A stretch of DNA of 64,000 bases from Acidobacteriota bacterium (GCA_965205505.1 CBDBHB010000008.1:928001-992000), one strand, 5' to 3'. Shown: positions 20,137 through 30,535, counted from the stretch's first letter. The notes: a model not told the origin generated them from the sequence alone. Numbers and translations are program-made.

Positions 20137-21447
20137 GTGGATAACCGTCACCGGCACGAAAGCCACCGGCCAACCCGTCGGTTCCGAGCAGGGCCGATCG
20201 TTGCCTTGCTTTGCCTGCTGGTTGCCCGAGCCGAGTCTTCCTCATTGTCCGGCAGAGCCTCTCTGAATGCGGTTGAGCTCTTGACGGCGTTCTCGGGTGA
20301 GAGCGCCGAGCAATATGAGCCGTTCTTCCGCTTCGCCGAGGAAGCCAGAATCGTCGGTGTGGAGATTCACGCCGTCGGAACGGAGAGCACCACGGCCCGG
20401 TATTCCGGTAGGAACAGACCTTCGAAATCGGTCAACAACATCTTGCGGCTCGCGACCGCGGACGGATTCGAGGGTATATCCGGCGTGGCGTCCTATGGAC
20501 GAGAGTTCAGCCGAGAGCGTCTGCTGGAGTTGCAGGGCGTTGCCGCTGATCTCCTTGCCCTGCAGTCACTGGACCCGGTCGAGGTCGGGACGATGCTCGA
20601 GCGGACGAAACCCGGCTTGAGCGATGCAGCTCGCTCGAGCATCGATATCGCGCTGTGGGACTTGGCGGCACGTAAGGCAGATCGTCCTCTCTACCAGCTG
20701 CTGGGGGCAAAGCGGGACTCGATCGAGCCCTACGCCAGCCTGCCCTTCTACGATTCGCTTCCCGAGTACGTCGACGCGGTCAACGAGTACGCCAAGCTCG
20801 GCTACAGGACCTTCAAGTTCCACGTCTGGGGCCTGATCGAGGAGGACTCGCGACTCGTGGAGTTGGTCCAGCAGACATTTGCAGACTCTCCCTATCGCTT
20901 CATGATCGATATGGAGGGAGCGTACGGCTTTGAGGACGCCCTCAGGCTGGGCGGGGAAATGGATGAGCGACTGTTTGTCTGGTTCGAGGGACCGATCAAC
21001 GACGAGCTTCTGGAGGAGTATAGGCAGCTCAGGAGCAGGCTCGCGGTACAGATCATTCCTGCCGGATACCGCATCTATTCTCCCGAGTTCATCAGACAGG
21101 GGATCGAGGCCGGTTCATGGGATGCGGCCAGAGTCGATGCAACGGCGATCGGCGGGATCTCGAAAGTGCTCGAGATCTTGACGATCACCAACGATGCCGG
21201 CCTGGCGATCGAGATCCAAAGCTGGGGCCACTCGCTGGCCCAGGCAGCCAACCTCCACCTGATGCTGGCCAATGAGCGCACCCGGTACTTCGAGGCTCCG
21301 ATGCCCAAGGAGGCTCATGAGTTCGGGATGAAGAACGGCAACCTGCTCGATCAGGGGCGGGCCGTTGCGCCGCAGCGGCCAGGTCTGGGCATCGAGGTAG
21401 ACTGGGATCGCCTGGCCACGGCCGATTTCTACTCCTACTCGAAGTAG
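20137..21447 (+). CDS. Mandelate racemase/muconate lactonizing enzyme family protein; start uncertain, possible signal peptide
   Basis: IDIALWDLAARKADRPLYQLLG, GYRTFKFH, MIDME, WFEGP, RPGLGIEVD. Confidence 0.85.
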   Translation: MDNRHRHESHRPTRRFRAGPIVALLCLLVARAESSSLSGRASLNAVELLTAFSGESAEQYEPFFRFAEEARIVGVEIHAVGTESTTARYSGRNRPSKSVNNILRLATADGFEGISGVASYGREFSRERLLELQGVAADLLALQSLDPVEVGTMLERTKPGLSDAARSSIDIALWDLAARKADRPLYQLLGAKRDSIEPYASLPFYDSLPEYVDAVNEYAKLGYRTFKFHVWGLIEEDSRLVELVQQTFADSPYRFMIDMEGAYGFEDALRLGGEMDERLFVWFEGPINDELLEEYRQLRSRLAVQIIPAGYRIYSPEFIRQGIEAGSWDAARVDATAIGGISKVLEILTITNDAGLAIEIQSWGHSLAQAANLHLMLANERTRYFEAPMPKEAHEFGMKNGNLLDQGRAVAPQRPGLGIEVDWDRLATADFYSYSK

Positions 21448-21592
21448 AGCGGTCACCGCGGCTCCAGCGATCTCTTGCCAGCACCGATTCTATGAGCTAA
21501 CCAGTGGCCTCACCACTTACGGCAGGTCACCTGTACTTCACCGATCTGGTACAGGTTCTCCGCATGGATCAGCAAACTGAGAAGCAGCACAC

Positions 21593-22504
21593 ATGAGAAC
21601 ACTTCTACGAGAACCCCTATTGTATTTCCTGCTGCTTGGTGCGGCGATGTTCGGTAGTTACCGATTAGTCTCCGATGCCGGATTCTCCGGCAACCACCCA
21701 TTGGAAGAAATAGTCATCACCGAGGGCCACATCGATGCGCTGATTCTGGGATTCGAGAGAGACTGGCAACGCCCGCCCACAGAACAGGAACTGGATGGTC
21801 TGGTACAGGCCCACATTCGTGGAGAGGTCATGTACCGCGAGGCGCTGGCTATGGGTCTCGATCGTGACGACCCCATCATCCGGCAGCGTTTGCAACAGAA
21901 GCTGGCATTTCTTACCGAAGATATCGCCAGCCTGAGGGAACCCACTGAGGCCGAACTGGAGGCTTTTCTGGCAACAACTCAGGAACGCTTCCGTGAGCAA
22001 ACTCGTTTCAGTTTTGAGCAGGTCTATTTCAATGTCAGCGAGCGTGGTAGCTCGGCCGAGGCAGATGCAGAATTGCTTTTGGCTGAACTGCGACAGCCTG
22101 ATACGACGGGGCCTGGTGACGACTCCAATTCCAGTATCGATACGGCTCTGCTGGGCGATCAATTATTGTTGTCGCAGTTCAACAACGCCTATGAGCGCGA
22201 GATACTGCGTGCACTGGGACGCCAGTTCTTAGCGGGACTGCAATCTTTGCCAGTTGGCAGCTGGCAGGGACCCATTGAATCCGGCTTTGGCCTACACCTG
22301 GTCAAGCTTAGTGAACGGATTGAAGGAACCGTTCCGCCGCTTGATGATATTCGGGATCTCGTGTCACGGGATTGGACGTCTGCGAAACGCGAAGAAGCCA
22401 ACGAAGCTTCTTATAACGCCTTGCGTGACCGTTATATTGTGACGCTTGCCGAACCGACTGCATCCGACCTGACCGCTGTCGCTGTCAGTTCCCGCGAGGA
22501 TTAG
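21593..22504 (+). CDS. Parvulin/rotamase-like membrane-anchored protein
   Basis: LLREPLLYFLLLG anchor, YREALAMGLDRDDPIIRQRL, WQGPIESGFGLHLV. Confidence 0.85.
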   Translation: MRTLLREPLLYFLLLGAAMFGSYRLVSDAGFSGNHPLEEIVITEGHIDALILGFERDWQRPPTEQELDGLVQAHIRGEVMYREALAMGLDRDDPIIRQRLQQKLAFLTEDIASLREPTEAELEAFLATTQERFREQTRFSFEQVYFNVSERGSSAEADAELLLAELRQPDTTGPGDDSNSSIDTALLGDQLLLSQFNNAYEREILRALGRQFLAGLQSLPVGSWQGPIESGFGLHLVKLSERIEGTVPPLDDIRDLVSRDWTSAKREEANEASYNALRDRYIVTLAEPTASDLTAVAVSSRED

Positions 22505-22518
22505 GGGAGTGGCTGACC

Positions 22519-23561
22519 ATGAATAGATTCCTGCTCATCGCCTTGCTTACGCTGCTGTCAGTTGGAACTGTACAGGCAGACGAGTACCGGCCGGCGTTTC
22601 TGGAGCTGCGACAGTCCAGTGATGAAGTCTTCGAGGTGTTGTGGAAGGTGCCGGCCCTGGGTGGTCGGCGCCTCGGCCTCTATGTTCGATTCCCCGGCCG
22701 ATGTCGACACGGTCAGTACGGTACGCGCTTCTATGATCGGTGGCGCCTACATCGAACGTTATTCGATAAGCAGTAAGTGGTGGCCTGGCCGGCTCAGAAA
22801 TTGCGATCGAAGGCTTGTCTACGGTGTCTACCGAGGTCCTGGTGCGCATCGAACGGCTGAACGGCACCACCATCGTTGCCCGACTGCTCGCCGCCAATCC
22901 TTCCTTCGTAGTCGGCGAATCTCTATCGCGCTTGGAGGTGGCAAGGACTTACACGGTGTTTGGGATCGAACACATCCTGGGTGGGCTTGATCATTTGCTG
23001 TTTATCGCCTGCCTGCTGCTGATCGCAGTCACCGGGCGCCGCATCCTGATCACCGTCACCGGCTTTACACTTGCTCATTCCATTACCCTGACCCTGGCCG
23101 CCCTGGAACTAGTGCGATTGCCGATACCTCCAATCGAGGCGGTCATCGCACTATCTATTGTGTTCCTGGCGCGAGAGATCGCCCTGCAGCGACGCGACAC
23201 GCTGACCTGGCGCTATCCCATCGCGGTATCGGCGTCATTTGGCTTGTTACATGGTTTTGGTTTCGCCTCGGCGTTGAGTGAGCTCGGGCTTCCGCAGACG
23301 GAGGTGCCAGCCGCGCTGCTGGCGTTTAATGTCGGCGTAGAAATTGGTCAGATTCTGTTTGTCGGCGTCATCATCACGACTGTCTGGGCCATAACGTCGA
23401 TCATGGGAACGTTGCGATTTATTGACAGTGCCAACTCGAGACTCGGCAAGAAACTCAAGCCGCTCGACTGGCTGCGACGAATTGAACAGCCGCTGGCTTA
23501 TGCCGTCGGTGGCATCACGATTATCTGGACCGTGGAATGCACCATGGTTTTCTGGCGATAA
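22519..23561 (+). CDS. HupE/UreJ family membrane protein with two frameshifts
   Basis: GIEHILGGLDHLLF, FTLAHSITL, EAVIALSI, FGLLHGFGFA, FNVGVEIGQ; frames switch near 22695 and 22775. Confidence 0.85.
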
Positions 23562-23600
23562 GAAGATTCGATTTCCATCAATTGGATTCAGGCGGACGAT

Positions 23601-25016
23601 ATGATCTCTCGACGCTTTTTGGCGCATCGTACTCTGCTTACAATTTCTTCGACGCTGCTGCTGCTCTCCGTTGGGAGCGTGCTCGGACAACAGTCCATGC
23701 TGGGCGAGCTGCAGGCGCAAGCGAGCGCGCTGAGTCAGGCACAAGCGAGCATGCTGACTGATGATCAGATCGAGTTCATTACATCAGGCGCGATACTCGA
23801 ATACATGCCCGATCGACAGCTCGAGCACGAGCTCGCCACGCGTGACGCAGACAGCTTGCGTTCTCTGCTCGACGACGTGATGTCGCTCGCCGAGAGAATG
23901 GGTTATGACCCGGAGCGAGACATGGGCGCGACACCGCTGAACCTCACTACCAAGGATTTCGGCATGCCCATGCCTACACCCGCACTGCTGCGCGATTTCA
24001 AACGCGAGCCGGGTCCGTTCGCGGTGCACCGTTACCTGGTTCCGGAATCCGGTGTACCCACGTTCGGTGGCGCCGACGTCGCCATCTGGCCGGAAGATCT
24101 CGTCGCGGGCAATGTCGACGTGGCGATCGTCGGCGTGCCAAGCAACATGAGCAGCGGCCGACGCGACGCCAGGAACGGCCCGAACGAAATGCGTGGCCTG
24201 AACACCATTGCCGCGACGGACGTGCAATCCCTGGTGAAGCCGTTCGAAACGCTCTCCGTGGTCGACTACGGTGATTTCGCTGTCGACCGGAGGAGCATCG
24301 AAAGAACCGTCGCCCACGTCGCCGCCATGGTTGCCGAAACCGCGGGCACCGGCGCCATCCCGATGCTGGTCGGCGGTGATACTTCGTTGCTCTACCCTGC
24401 CGTCGGCGGCGTCGCCCGGGTACACGGCAATGGGAGCTTCGGATTGCTGCACTTCAGCGCCCACCCGGATGTCGAGCGCAACGATGACCATACGATCTCT
24501 GACCGTCAGGCGCTTTTCCGGCTGCTGGACGAGGGCATCGTCGAAGGCAGCGAAACCGTCCAGGTGGGCCTACGCGGGCCCGCGGTAGATGCTGACACAC
24601 TGCAGTGGCTGCGTGACCAGAGCGTGCGCTACCACACGATGGCTGAATTCCGGCAGCGCGGATCCGAGATGGTGCTGCAACGGGTCCTGCAGGAAGTCGA
24701 AAGAGGCCCCGATGCCTACTTCGTCTCGATCGACGTGAGCGTCGTCAACCCGGCCGAGATGGTTGCGGCCGGGCGTGCGACGCACCATGGCTTGCGTCTC
24801 GAGGAAGTGACCCACACGATCCGCCATGTGTGCGCGGCCAAAGAGATCGTCGGTTTCGAAATTACGGACGTGGCCCCGATGTTGGATTCCACTCGACTGT
24901 CGGTAATGCATGCAAACGCTGCGCTGAATGCCTGCCTAGTTGGCATCGCGGTGCGCAAGGCCGGTCTCGCCCCGGACTACGTTCATCCCCTGGCGCTCGA
25001 TCATGGCCAGCAGTAG
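23601..25016 (+). CDS. Ureohydrolase (agmatinase-like) with signal peptide and degenerate metal ligands
   Basis: GGDTS, HFSAHPD and SIDVSVV replace GGDHS, xxDxHxD and SxDxDxx; fold motifs VVDYGD and IVGFEITDVAP are retained. Confidence 0.85.
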   Translation: MISRRFLAHRTLLTISSTLLLLSVGSVLGQQSMLGELQAQASALSQAQASMLTDDQIEFITSGAILEYMPDRQLEHELATRDADSLRSLLDDVMSLAERMGYDPERDMGATPLNLTTKDFGMPMPTPALLRDFKREPGPFAVHRYLVPESGVPTFGGADVAIWPEDLVAGNVDVAIVGVPSNMSSGRRDARNGPNEMRGLNTIAATDVQSLVKPFETLSVVDYGDFAVDRRSIERTVAHVAAMVAETAGTGAIPMLVGGDTSLLYPAVGGVARVHGNGSFGLLHFSAHPDVERNDDHTISDRQALFRLLDEGIVEGSETVQVGLRGPAVDADTLQWLRDQSVRYHTMAEFRQRGSEMVLQRVLQEVERGPDAYFVSIDVSVVNPAEMVAAGRATHHGLRLEEVTHTIRHVCAAKEIVGFEITDVAPMLDSTRLSVMHANAALNACLVGIAVRKAGLAPDYVHPLALDHGQQ

Positions 25017-25050
25017 CAGGCGCCCGGCCCGCGCGTATCGGAGCTTTGTC

Positions 25051-26619
25051 ATGGCATTTGTTTCGACTGGAATTCGCGCCGCGCTGCTCTTGCTCGTGGC
25101 GGCGGCACCGCTCGTCTGGGCCCAGGAACAAAGGCCTGCCACCCAGGAGCACGTGGTCGGGGAGCAGCCGTATCCGTTTGATACCGTCGACCCCCGCGAG
25201 GAGGAACGGCCGCCCATTGATCTTCCCGACAGCGTGGCGCCAAAGCTCGAATTGCTGACGCCGGAGCAAATCGAGTTTCTGAAGAGCGGCGACGCGCGCG
25301 CCTTTACCGGGCCGGCCGAAGAAACCGTTGAAGCGCTCGAGGAACGCACACCAGAGGAAGTAAAGGCATGGGTCGAGGCCATGCAACAGGTGGTGGAGCA
25401 ACGCCGCTACACCGAAGGACGGGACTCGCCCAACATTCCCTTCAATACCGAATCGCCCGATTTCAATGCGTGGCGAGTACTGCGTCCCCGCTCCATGGAT
25501 CCAGGGCGGGAGGCGGGACCGGTCGCGCTCGGTCGTTATCGCAGCGGGGGCGGTCCCCCGACATTCGGCGGCTTCCCCCTGGCGCTGTCGAAGGAAGATC
25601 TGATCGCCGGCGAGGTCGACGTCGCCATCCTGGGCGCCCCGCTGAACATGGGCGGGGGATGGCGCGACTCGGGCGAGCGAGCCACCGTCGAACTTCGCCT
25701 GCTCGGCCGGTACATGGGCTCACAGGACCAGTATGTGCAGGTCAACGCATCACAGGTACTGACCGTCGTGGACTACGGCGACGTTGCGGTAGACAACAAC
25801 AGCACCGAAAGGTCCATGCGCCACGTACGCGACATCGTACGCGAGATCGCCGAGACGGGAGCCGTGCCCATGATTGTCGGCGGCGACCACTCATTGGAAT
25901 ACCCCAACGTTGCGGCCCTGGCGGACGTCTACGGCAAGGAAAAGGTATCGGTTATTCACTTCGACTCCCATTACGACGCGTGGTGGGGCGGCGCCCATCT
26001 GATCAGCCATGGGCTCCCCGTTTACCGCCTCATCAATGAAGGTCATGTGCGGGCTGCGGATTACATCCAGGTCGGGCTGCGCTCGGCCGGACCCGACAAG
26101 TCGGGTTTCACATGGATGCGGGAACAGGGCATGCGTTATCACACCATGGCCGAAATTGAGCGGCGGGGCTGGGATGCCGTGCTCGACCGAGTTGTCGCCG
26201 AGGCCAGTGAAGAGGGGCGCAAGTTGCACATCTCTTTTGATATTGATGTTCTCGATCCCGCATTCACGGTGGCTACCGGCACACCGGTTCCGGGCGGGCT
26301 CACCATGCGCGAAGCAATCACCATCGTGCGCCGCCTGTGTGCGGAGTCCAATGTGGTGGGTTTCGACCTGGTCGAATTGCATCCTGGACTGGATCCCACC
26401 TACACGACGACGCTCAACAGCGTGCATATCGTCAAGGCGTGCCTGACGGGACTCGCGATGAACAGGGAAGGGCTGACTGAGACGCATTACCTGAGCCCGT
26501 TGTCATCCGAGCACGCCATAGACGACTACTATGGCGACCAGCAACAGCACCTGGACGCGACAAAGGCAGAGGAAGAGAAGGAGGAGGAAGAGAAGGAGGA
26601 GGAACAAAAGAAGGAGTGA
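25051..26619 (+). CDS. Ureohydrolase (agmatinase/guanidino hydrolase) with signal peptide and intact metal site
   Basis: GGDHS, HFDSHYD, SHG, SFDIDVLDP, TGTPVPGG, GFDLVE; leader AALLLLVAAAPLVWA|QE. Confidence 0.9.
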   Translation: MAFVSTGIRAALLLLVAAAPLVWAQEQRPATQEHVVGEQPYPFDTVDPREEERPPIDLPDSVAPKLELLTPEQIEFLKSGDARAFTGPAEETVEALEERTPEEVKAWVEAMQQVVEQRRYTEGRDSPNIPFNTESPDFNAWRVLRPRSMDPGREAGPVALGRYRSGGGPPTFGGFPLALSKEDLIAGEVDVAILGAPLNMGGGWRDSGERATVELRLLGRYMGSQDQYVQVNASQVLTVVDYGDVAVDNNSTERSMRHVRDIVREIAETGAVPMIVGGDHSLEYPNVAALADVYGKEKVSVIHFDSHYDAWWGGAHLISHGLPVYRLINEGHVRAADYIQVGLRSAGPDKSGFTWMREQGMRYHTMAEIERRGWDAVLDRVVAEASEEGRKLHISFDIDVLDPAFTVATGTPVPGGLTMREAITIVRRLCAESNVVGFDLVELHPGLDPTYTTTLNSVHIVKACLTGLAMNREGLTETHYLSPLSSEHAIDDYYGDQQQHLDATKAEEEKEEEEKEEEQKKE

Positions 26620-26658
26620 CTAACAGGCCGAGCACAAGGCCCAGCTGCGATCAGGTCA

Positions 26659-28629
26659 TTACTGAACCGACGCAGTAGCGGCGCGCTGCGGGATCACCGG
26701 CAGGAGCAGGTGCGACGGGTACTCGGCCGAGTGGTGCACCGTCTGTCGGGCCACCTCCCACTCGCTCTCGTCGTAGTTGTTGCCACCAGTGTTCAGGTTG
26801 CGGTCGAAGCGTGGGAAGTTCGAGCTTGAGATCTCGAGGCGGATGCTATGTCCCGGAGCGAAGTAGTTACTGCTGGCGTACATATCGATGCGCAGCTTGG
26901 CGACCTCGCCCACGCTCATCCAGACCTTCCTGTCATAGCCCTCACGATAGCGAGCCCGCATGATGCCTTCCTGGATGTTGTAGGCTTTGCCGTCCGGGGT
27001 CACGTCGACGAGCTTGGCGGTGAAATCGGTGTCCTTTGCGGACGACGAGACATAGAGCACCACCTCGATCGGGCCGGTGACCTCAACACCCCTCTCGAGC
27101 ACCGGCGAGGTGTAGACCAGCACGTCGTGGCGCATCTCGGTCTCCGACTGGTCGAAGCTACCAGCACGCATCAGCCGCGTACCCAGGCAGCACCACTGGC
27201 CGCCGCGCGATGGAACCGGTGTGCCCGGGTCATAGGTGAACAGATCGGCGGGCTCATTCCGGGGCGGAGCGGTACCGAGCGTTCCTGAGCCAAAGCGACC
27301 GTTGGCACGGCCGTCGCTGTGCAGGTAGTAGGGCGTAAGCTCGGTGTTGGCAAGCGGCCACTCCCCTGCCTCGCGCCATTCGTTCGCGCCCATCATGTAG
27401 TACTGCACCTTGGCCATTTCGGTGACGCCGTTGTCGACGCCCTTTAGCCAATGGTCGAACCAGTCGAGATAGATGCGCCAGAAGTTCTTGCGCGCGTCAC
27501 CCATGTCACGCTCGCCGATGACGGTGCGCTCGGTGGCAGACTCGGAGCCGCAGTGAGTTGATGGCGAGGTGATGATGAACTGGTTGTCGCGACCACGCGC
27601 GCTCGCGGCGTTGCGGCGCAACAGGTTGAACTCGTGAAAGAGATCGCGGGCACCGTAGTCGTACCAGGAGTTGATGAACAGCGCCGGAACATCGAAGCGA
27701 TCGTCGTCCTGGAGGTAGCCGAAGTCGTCCCAGTACTCGCCCACCAGATCGGCCTCGAGCAGGTCCTCCCAGTCGGTCAACGGTCCGCCACGGGCGCTAA
27801 CCATGTCGACGATCGGCAGCGTGTTCCACGCCTCCTCGTAGTCGATCTCGGGCAGTGTCGGCCGCTGCTCGAACATGTCGGCCTGGGCCGAGGTGAACCA
27901 CTCGGAAGCGTCCATGTTGTCGGGCGGGCCGTAGTAGACCTTGTTGCCGGAGCCCCAGAACCAGCCGAAGCCATACGCGAGCTCGAGGGCACCACCCGCG
28001 AAGAGGCCGCCGTAGCGGATGCGTCCGTCAATCGCCCCATACGAGCCGCCCGAATGCTGCGGAACCATGGCGGTCAAATGGGGGTTGCGGTGCCGCGACT
28101 GCAGGATCTGCACGTCACCCAGGTACGAGCAGCCGAATGTGGCTACCTTGCCGTCGGACCACGACTGCTCAGCCAGCCAATCGACGGTGTCGTAGCCGTC
28201 GAGCCCATCGCCGTTGTACATGGCGTAGCGACCCTTGTACGACTCGTACTTGCCGCGCTTGTCTTGCACGGCGACGACGTAGCCGTGCTGCCCGAAGATG
28301 TACGGCGCGCCGCGCTCGCGACGCCAGTAGTTATTCTTGTCATACGGGGTGCGCAGCAGGATGACCGGCAGCTTGTCGCCGGCGCCTTCAGGGAAGTACA
28401 GGTCGGTCGAGAGCTCGATGCCGTCCCGCATCGGCACCATGATGCTGCGCCGTACCGAAACCTCGTATTCGCCCTCCGGCGGCATGATCCGGCCTCCCGA
28501 TCCACCCACCGCCTGCCCCTGACCGGGTTTCGCCGCGCCACTCACGGCCGCCATCGCAGCCAACGCGGCCACCGCCAGGGAGCTTCGCGCCAATAAAACA
28601 CCCACACCTCGTCTGCCGACGGTCTTCAT
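26659..28629 (-). CDS. CocE/NonD family hydrolase, secreted
   Basis: VPMRDGIELSTDLY, RTPY, DGYDTVDW, GCSYLG nucleophile, SSNFPRFDRNLNTG. Confidence 0.92.
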   Translation of the reverse strand: MKTVGRRGVGVLLARSSLAVAALAAMAAVSGAAKPGQGQAVGGSGGRIMPPEGEYEVSVRRSIMVPMRDGIELSTDLYFPEGAGDKLPVILLRTPYDKNNYWRRERGAPYIFGQHGYVVAVQDKRGKYESYKGRYAMYNGDGLDGYDTVDWLAEQSWSDGKVATFGCSYLGDVQILQSRHRNPHLTAMVPQHSGGSYGAIDGRIRYGGLFAGGALELAYGFGWFWGSGNKVYYGPPDNMDASEWFTSAQADMFEQRPTLPEIDYEEAWNTLPIVDMVSARGGPLTDWEDLLEADLVGEYWDDFGYLQDDDRFDVPALFINSWYDYGARDLFHEFNLLRRNAASARGRDNQFIITSPSTHCGSESATERTVIGERDMGDARKNFWRIYLDWFDHWLKGVDNGVTEMAKVQYYMMGANEWREAGEWPLANTELTPYYLHSDGRANGRFGSGTLGTAPPRNEPADLFTYDPGTPVPSRGGQWCCLGTRLMRAGSFDQSETEMRHDVLVYTSPVLERGVEVTGPIEVVLYVSSSAKDTDFTAKLVDVTPDGKAYNIQEGIMRARYREGYDRKVWMSVGEVAKLRIDMYASSNYFAPGHSIRLEISSSNFPRFDRNLNTGGNNYDESEWEVARQTVHHSAEYPSHLLLPVIPQRAATASVQ

Positions 28630-28697
28630 CGCTGCAAACCTCCTCGGGTTGGTAACTCGCAGCACTTTGTCCTGTCGACGCCGAACGGGCAAGGTGA

Positions 28698-28800
28698 CAT
28701 CGCGATCTGAAGCCCGCCAACGTACAGGTCTTCCCCGACGGCACCGCCAAGGTGCTCGACTTCGGGCTGGGTAGGGCCTACGAAGCGGACGGCAGCGGCG
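28698..28800 (+). pseudogene. Isolated Ser/Thr protein kinase catalytic-loop fragment
   Basis: HRDLKPANVQVFPDGTAKVLDFGLGRA with no surrounding kinase ORF. Confidence 0.8.
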
Positions 28801-28875
28801 CACGCCCGTCTGGAATCCGGTCAGGCCTAGGCAAGGACGTGGTTCAGATCAGCGCCTGACTGGGGCGCCGTTCAG

Positions 28876-30042
28876 CTAACCACCCGGCGCCGCGGCCGCC
28901 TCCACCGCGCGCAACACCCGCAGACAGTTGCCGCCGGCGATCGCGCGCAGCTGGTCATCGGTGTAGCCACGACGCGCCAGCTCGACGAACAGGTCGGGAA
29001 ACTTCGAGACGTCCTCGAGGCCCTCGGGGATCTCGTCGATGCCGTCGAAGTCAGCGCCGATGCCGACATGCTCGTGGCCCATGGCGGAGCATAGGTAGTC
29101 GATATGGTCGGCCACGTCGCTGAGCGTTGCGCGCGGTGCCGGATTGTCGGCGTCCCAGGCGGCAAGCTCGCTGTCGCGTCGCTCGCGATTGTCTGGATAC
29201 CTCTCCGCCAGGCGGGCCTCGCGGCCCAGGCGATTGGCGCGGTGCTCCATCACGGTGGCCGAGACGAACCAGGGAACGAACGTTGCCATCACGATGCCGC
29301 CGGTGTCGCGGATCATCTCCAGCACGTCGTCGGGAACATTGCGCGGGTAGTCGAGGATCGCGGCCGCACCGGAGTGAGTGCAGGCCACCGGCGCCCTCGA
29401 CGCCTCGATGGTCTGCCGCATGGTGTCGGCGGAGGCGTGCGACAGATCGATCATCATGCCGAGGTCGTTCATGAGCGCCACCACCTCGCGCCCGAAATCC
29501 GTGAGGCCACCGTGCACCGGATCCAGGTGGGCGCATTCGGCCCAGTCTGTGTGGACCTGGTGCAGCAGCGTCATGTACCGGGCGCCAGCCTGGTAGGCCA
29601 GACGCAGCGCGCCGAGCGAGTTCTCGATGCCGTGGCCGCCCTCGACAGCAAACAACGAGGCGATCTTGCCTTCGGCGTGGATGCGCTCGATGTCATCGGC
29701 GCAGAAGGCCGGCTCCAAGGAGTCCGGGTAGGCCGCGACGAGCCGCCTAGCCACTTCGAGCTGCTCGAACATCACCCGCGCGGCCCCCGGGCCGGCCACG
29801 TCGTAGGGCACGTAAGCAACCCAGAACTGCGCCCCGACGCCACCGGCGCGCAGGCGCTTGAGGTCGGTATGCATCGGCGGTTCGAGGGCGCTGGTGTCCT
29901 CGAAGTCGAAGCTGTCGCGGTCGAAGCTGTTCAAGTCGTTGTCGGACCGCGCCAGGAACTGGATCGCCGTATCGTTGTGTCCCTCCACGAACGGAGATCC
30001 GGCCAGCAGTCGGAGAACGCGCTCTCGTATGTCTTCACTCAT
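28876..30042 (-). CDS. Membrane dipeptidase (peptidase M19)
   Basis: EGHND, HTDLKRLRAGGVGAQFW, VEGGH, IDLSH, RNVPDD, HVGIGADFDG. Confidence 0.92.
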   Translation of the reverse strand: MSEDIRERVLRLLAGSPFVEGHNDTAIQFLARSDNDLNSFDRDSFDFEDTSALEPPMHTDLKRLRAGGVGAQFWVAYVPYDVAGPGAARVMFEQLEVARRLVAAYPDSLEPAFCADDIERIHAEGKIASLFAVEGGHGIENSLGALRLAYQAGARYMTLLHQVHTDWAECAHLDPVHGGLTDFGREVVALMNDLGMMIDLSHASADTMRQTIEASRAPVACTHSGAAAILDYPRNVPDDVLEMIRDTGGIVMATFVPWFVSATVMEHRANRLGREARLAERYPDNRERRDSELAAWDADNPAPRATLSDVADHIDYLCSAMGHEHVGIGADFDGIDEIPEGLEDVSKFPDLFVELARRGYTDDQLRAIAGGNCLRVLRAVEAAAAPGG

Positions 30043-30199
30043 GGTTGGCAGCCTCCAGACGCTGCCTTCGCAACTTGCCGTCAGCGTACAAACTGAGGCC
30101 GGTGACCATCAGCACCGCCAGCGTCCCGAAGACGGTGCTGCAGAAGAACATCGGGTCGGTGACGCTCCCACTCGGCCAGCGCCCGTGCGGCCGGTACCT

Positions 30200-30535
30200 G
30201 GTCGAGATGCAAGCAGTCTTCGTCGCTCTCCCACTGATCATTGCCAACATCGCCCGCATGAGCCCCGACCGCACAGCGGTGGAGTTCGGCGTGGGCGCAG
30301 CGAGCCTCACCAGCACCGCCCTGCTGATCGGCGTGGCCCGGCGCATTCAGACTGTGTTGAACGAGGGCGGCATAGTGGACACAATGGTCCACGGTATCAG
30401 CCTTCCCCTTCGGGAGCTTCCGGGGGGCCGTTTTCGCCGTGGAACTGTTCTTCGTTCAGAGTCTCGCCAACTTCTTCATTCCCTCGGGAAGCGGCCAAGC
30501 CTATGTCACCGTCCCGATAATGGCACCCCTGGAAC
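30200..30535 (+). pseudogene. YfcC-like transporter fragment
   Basis: [26 protein letters not shown] then, shifted, [28 protein letters not shown]. Confidence 0.7.

Noticed and set aside
26565-26619. Glu/Lys-rich purine run at the end of the ureohydrolase
   Set aside because: Low-complexity coding tail, not a separate element.
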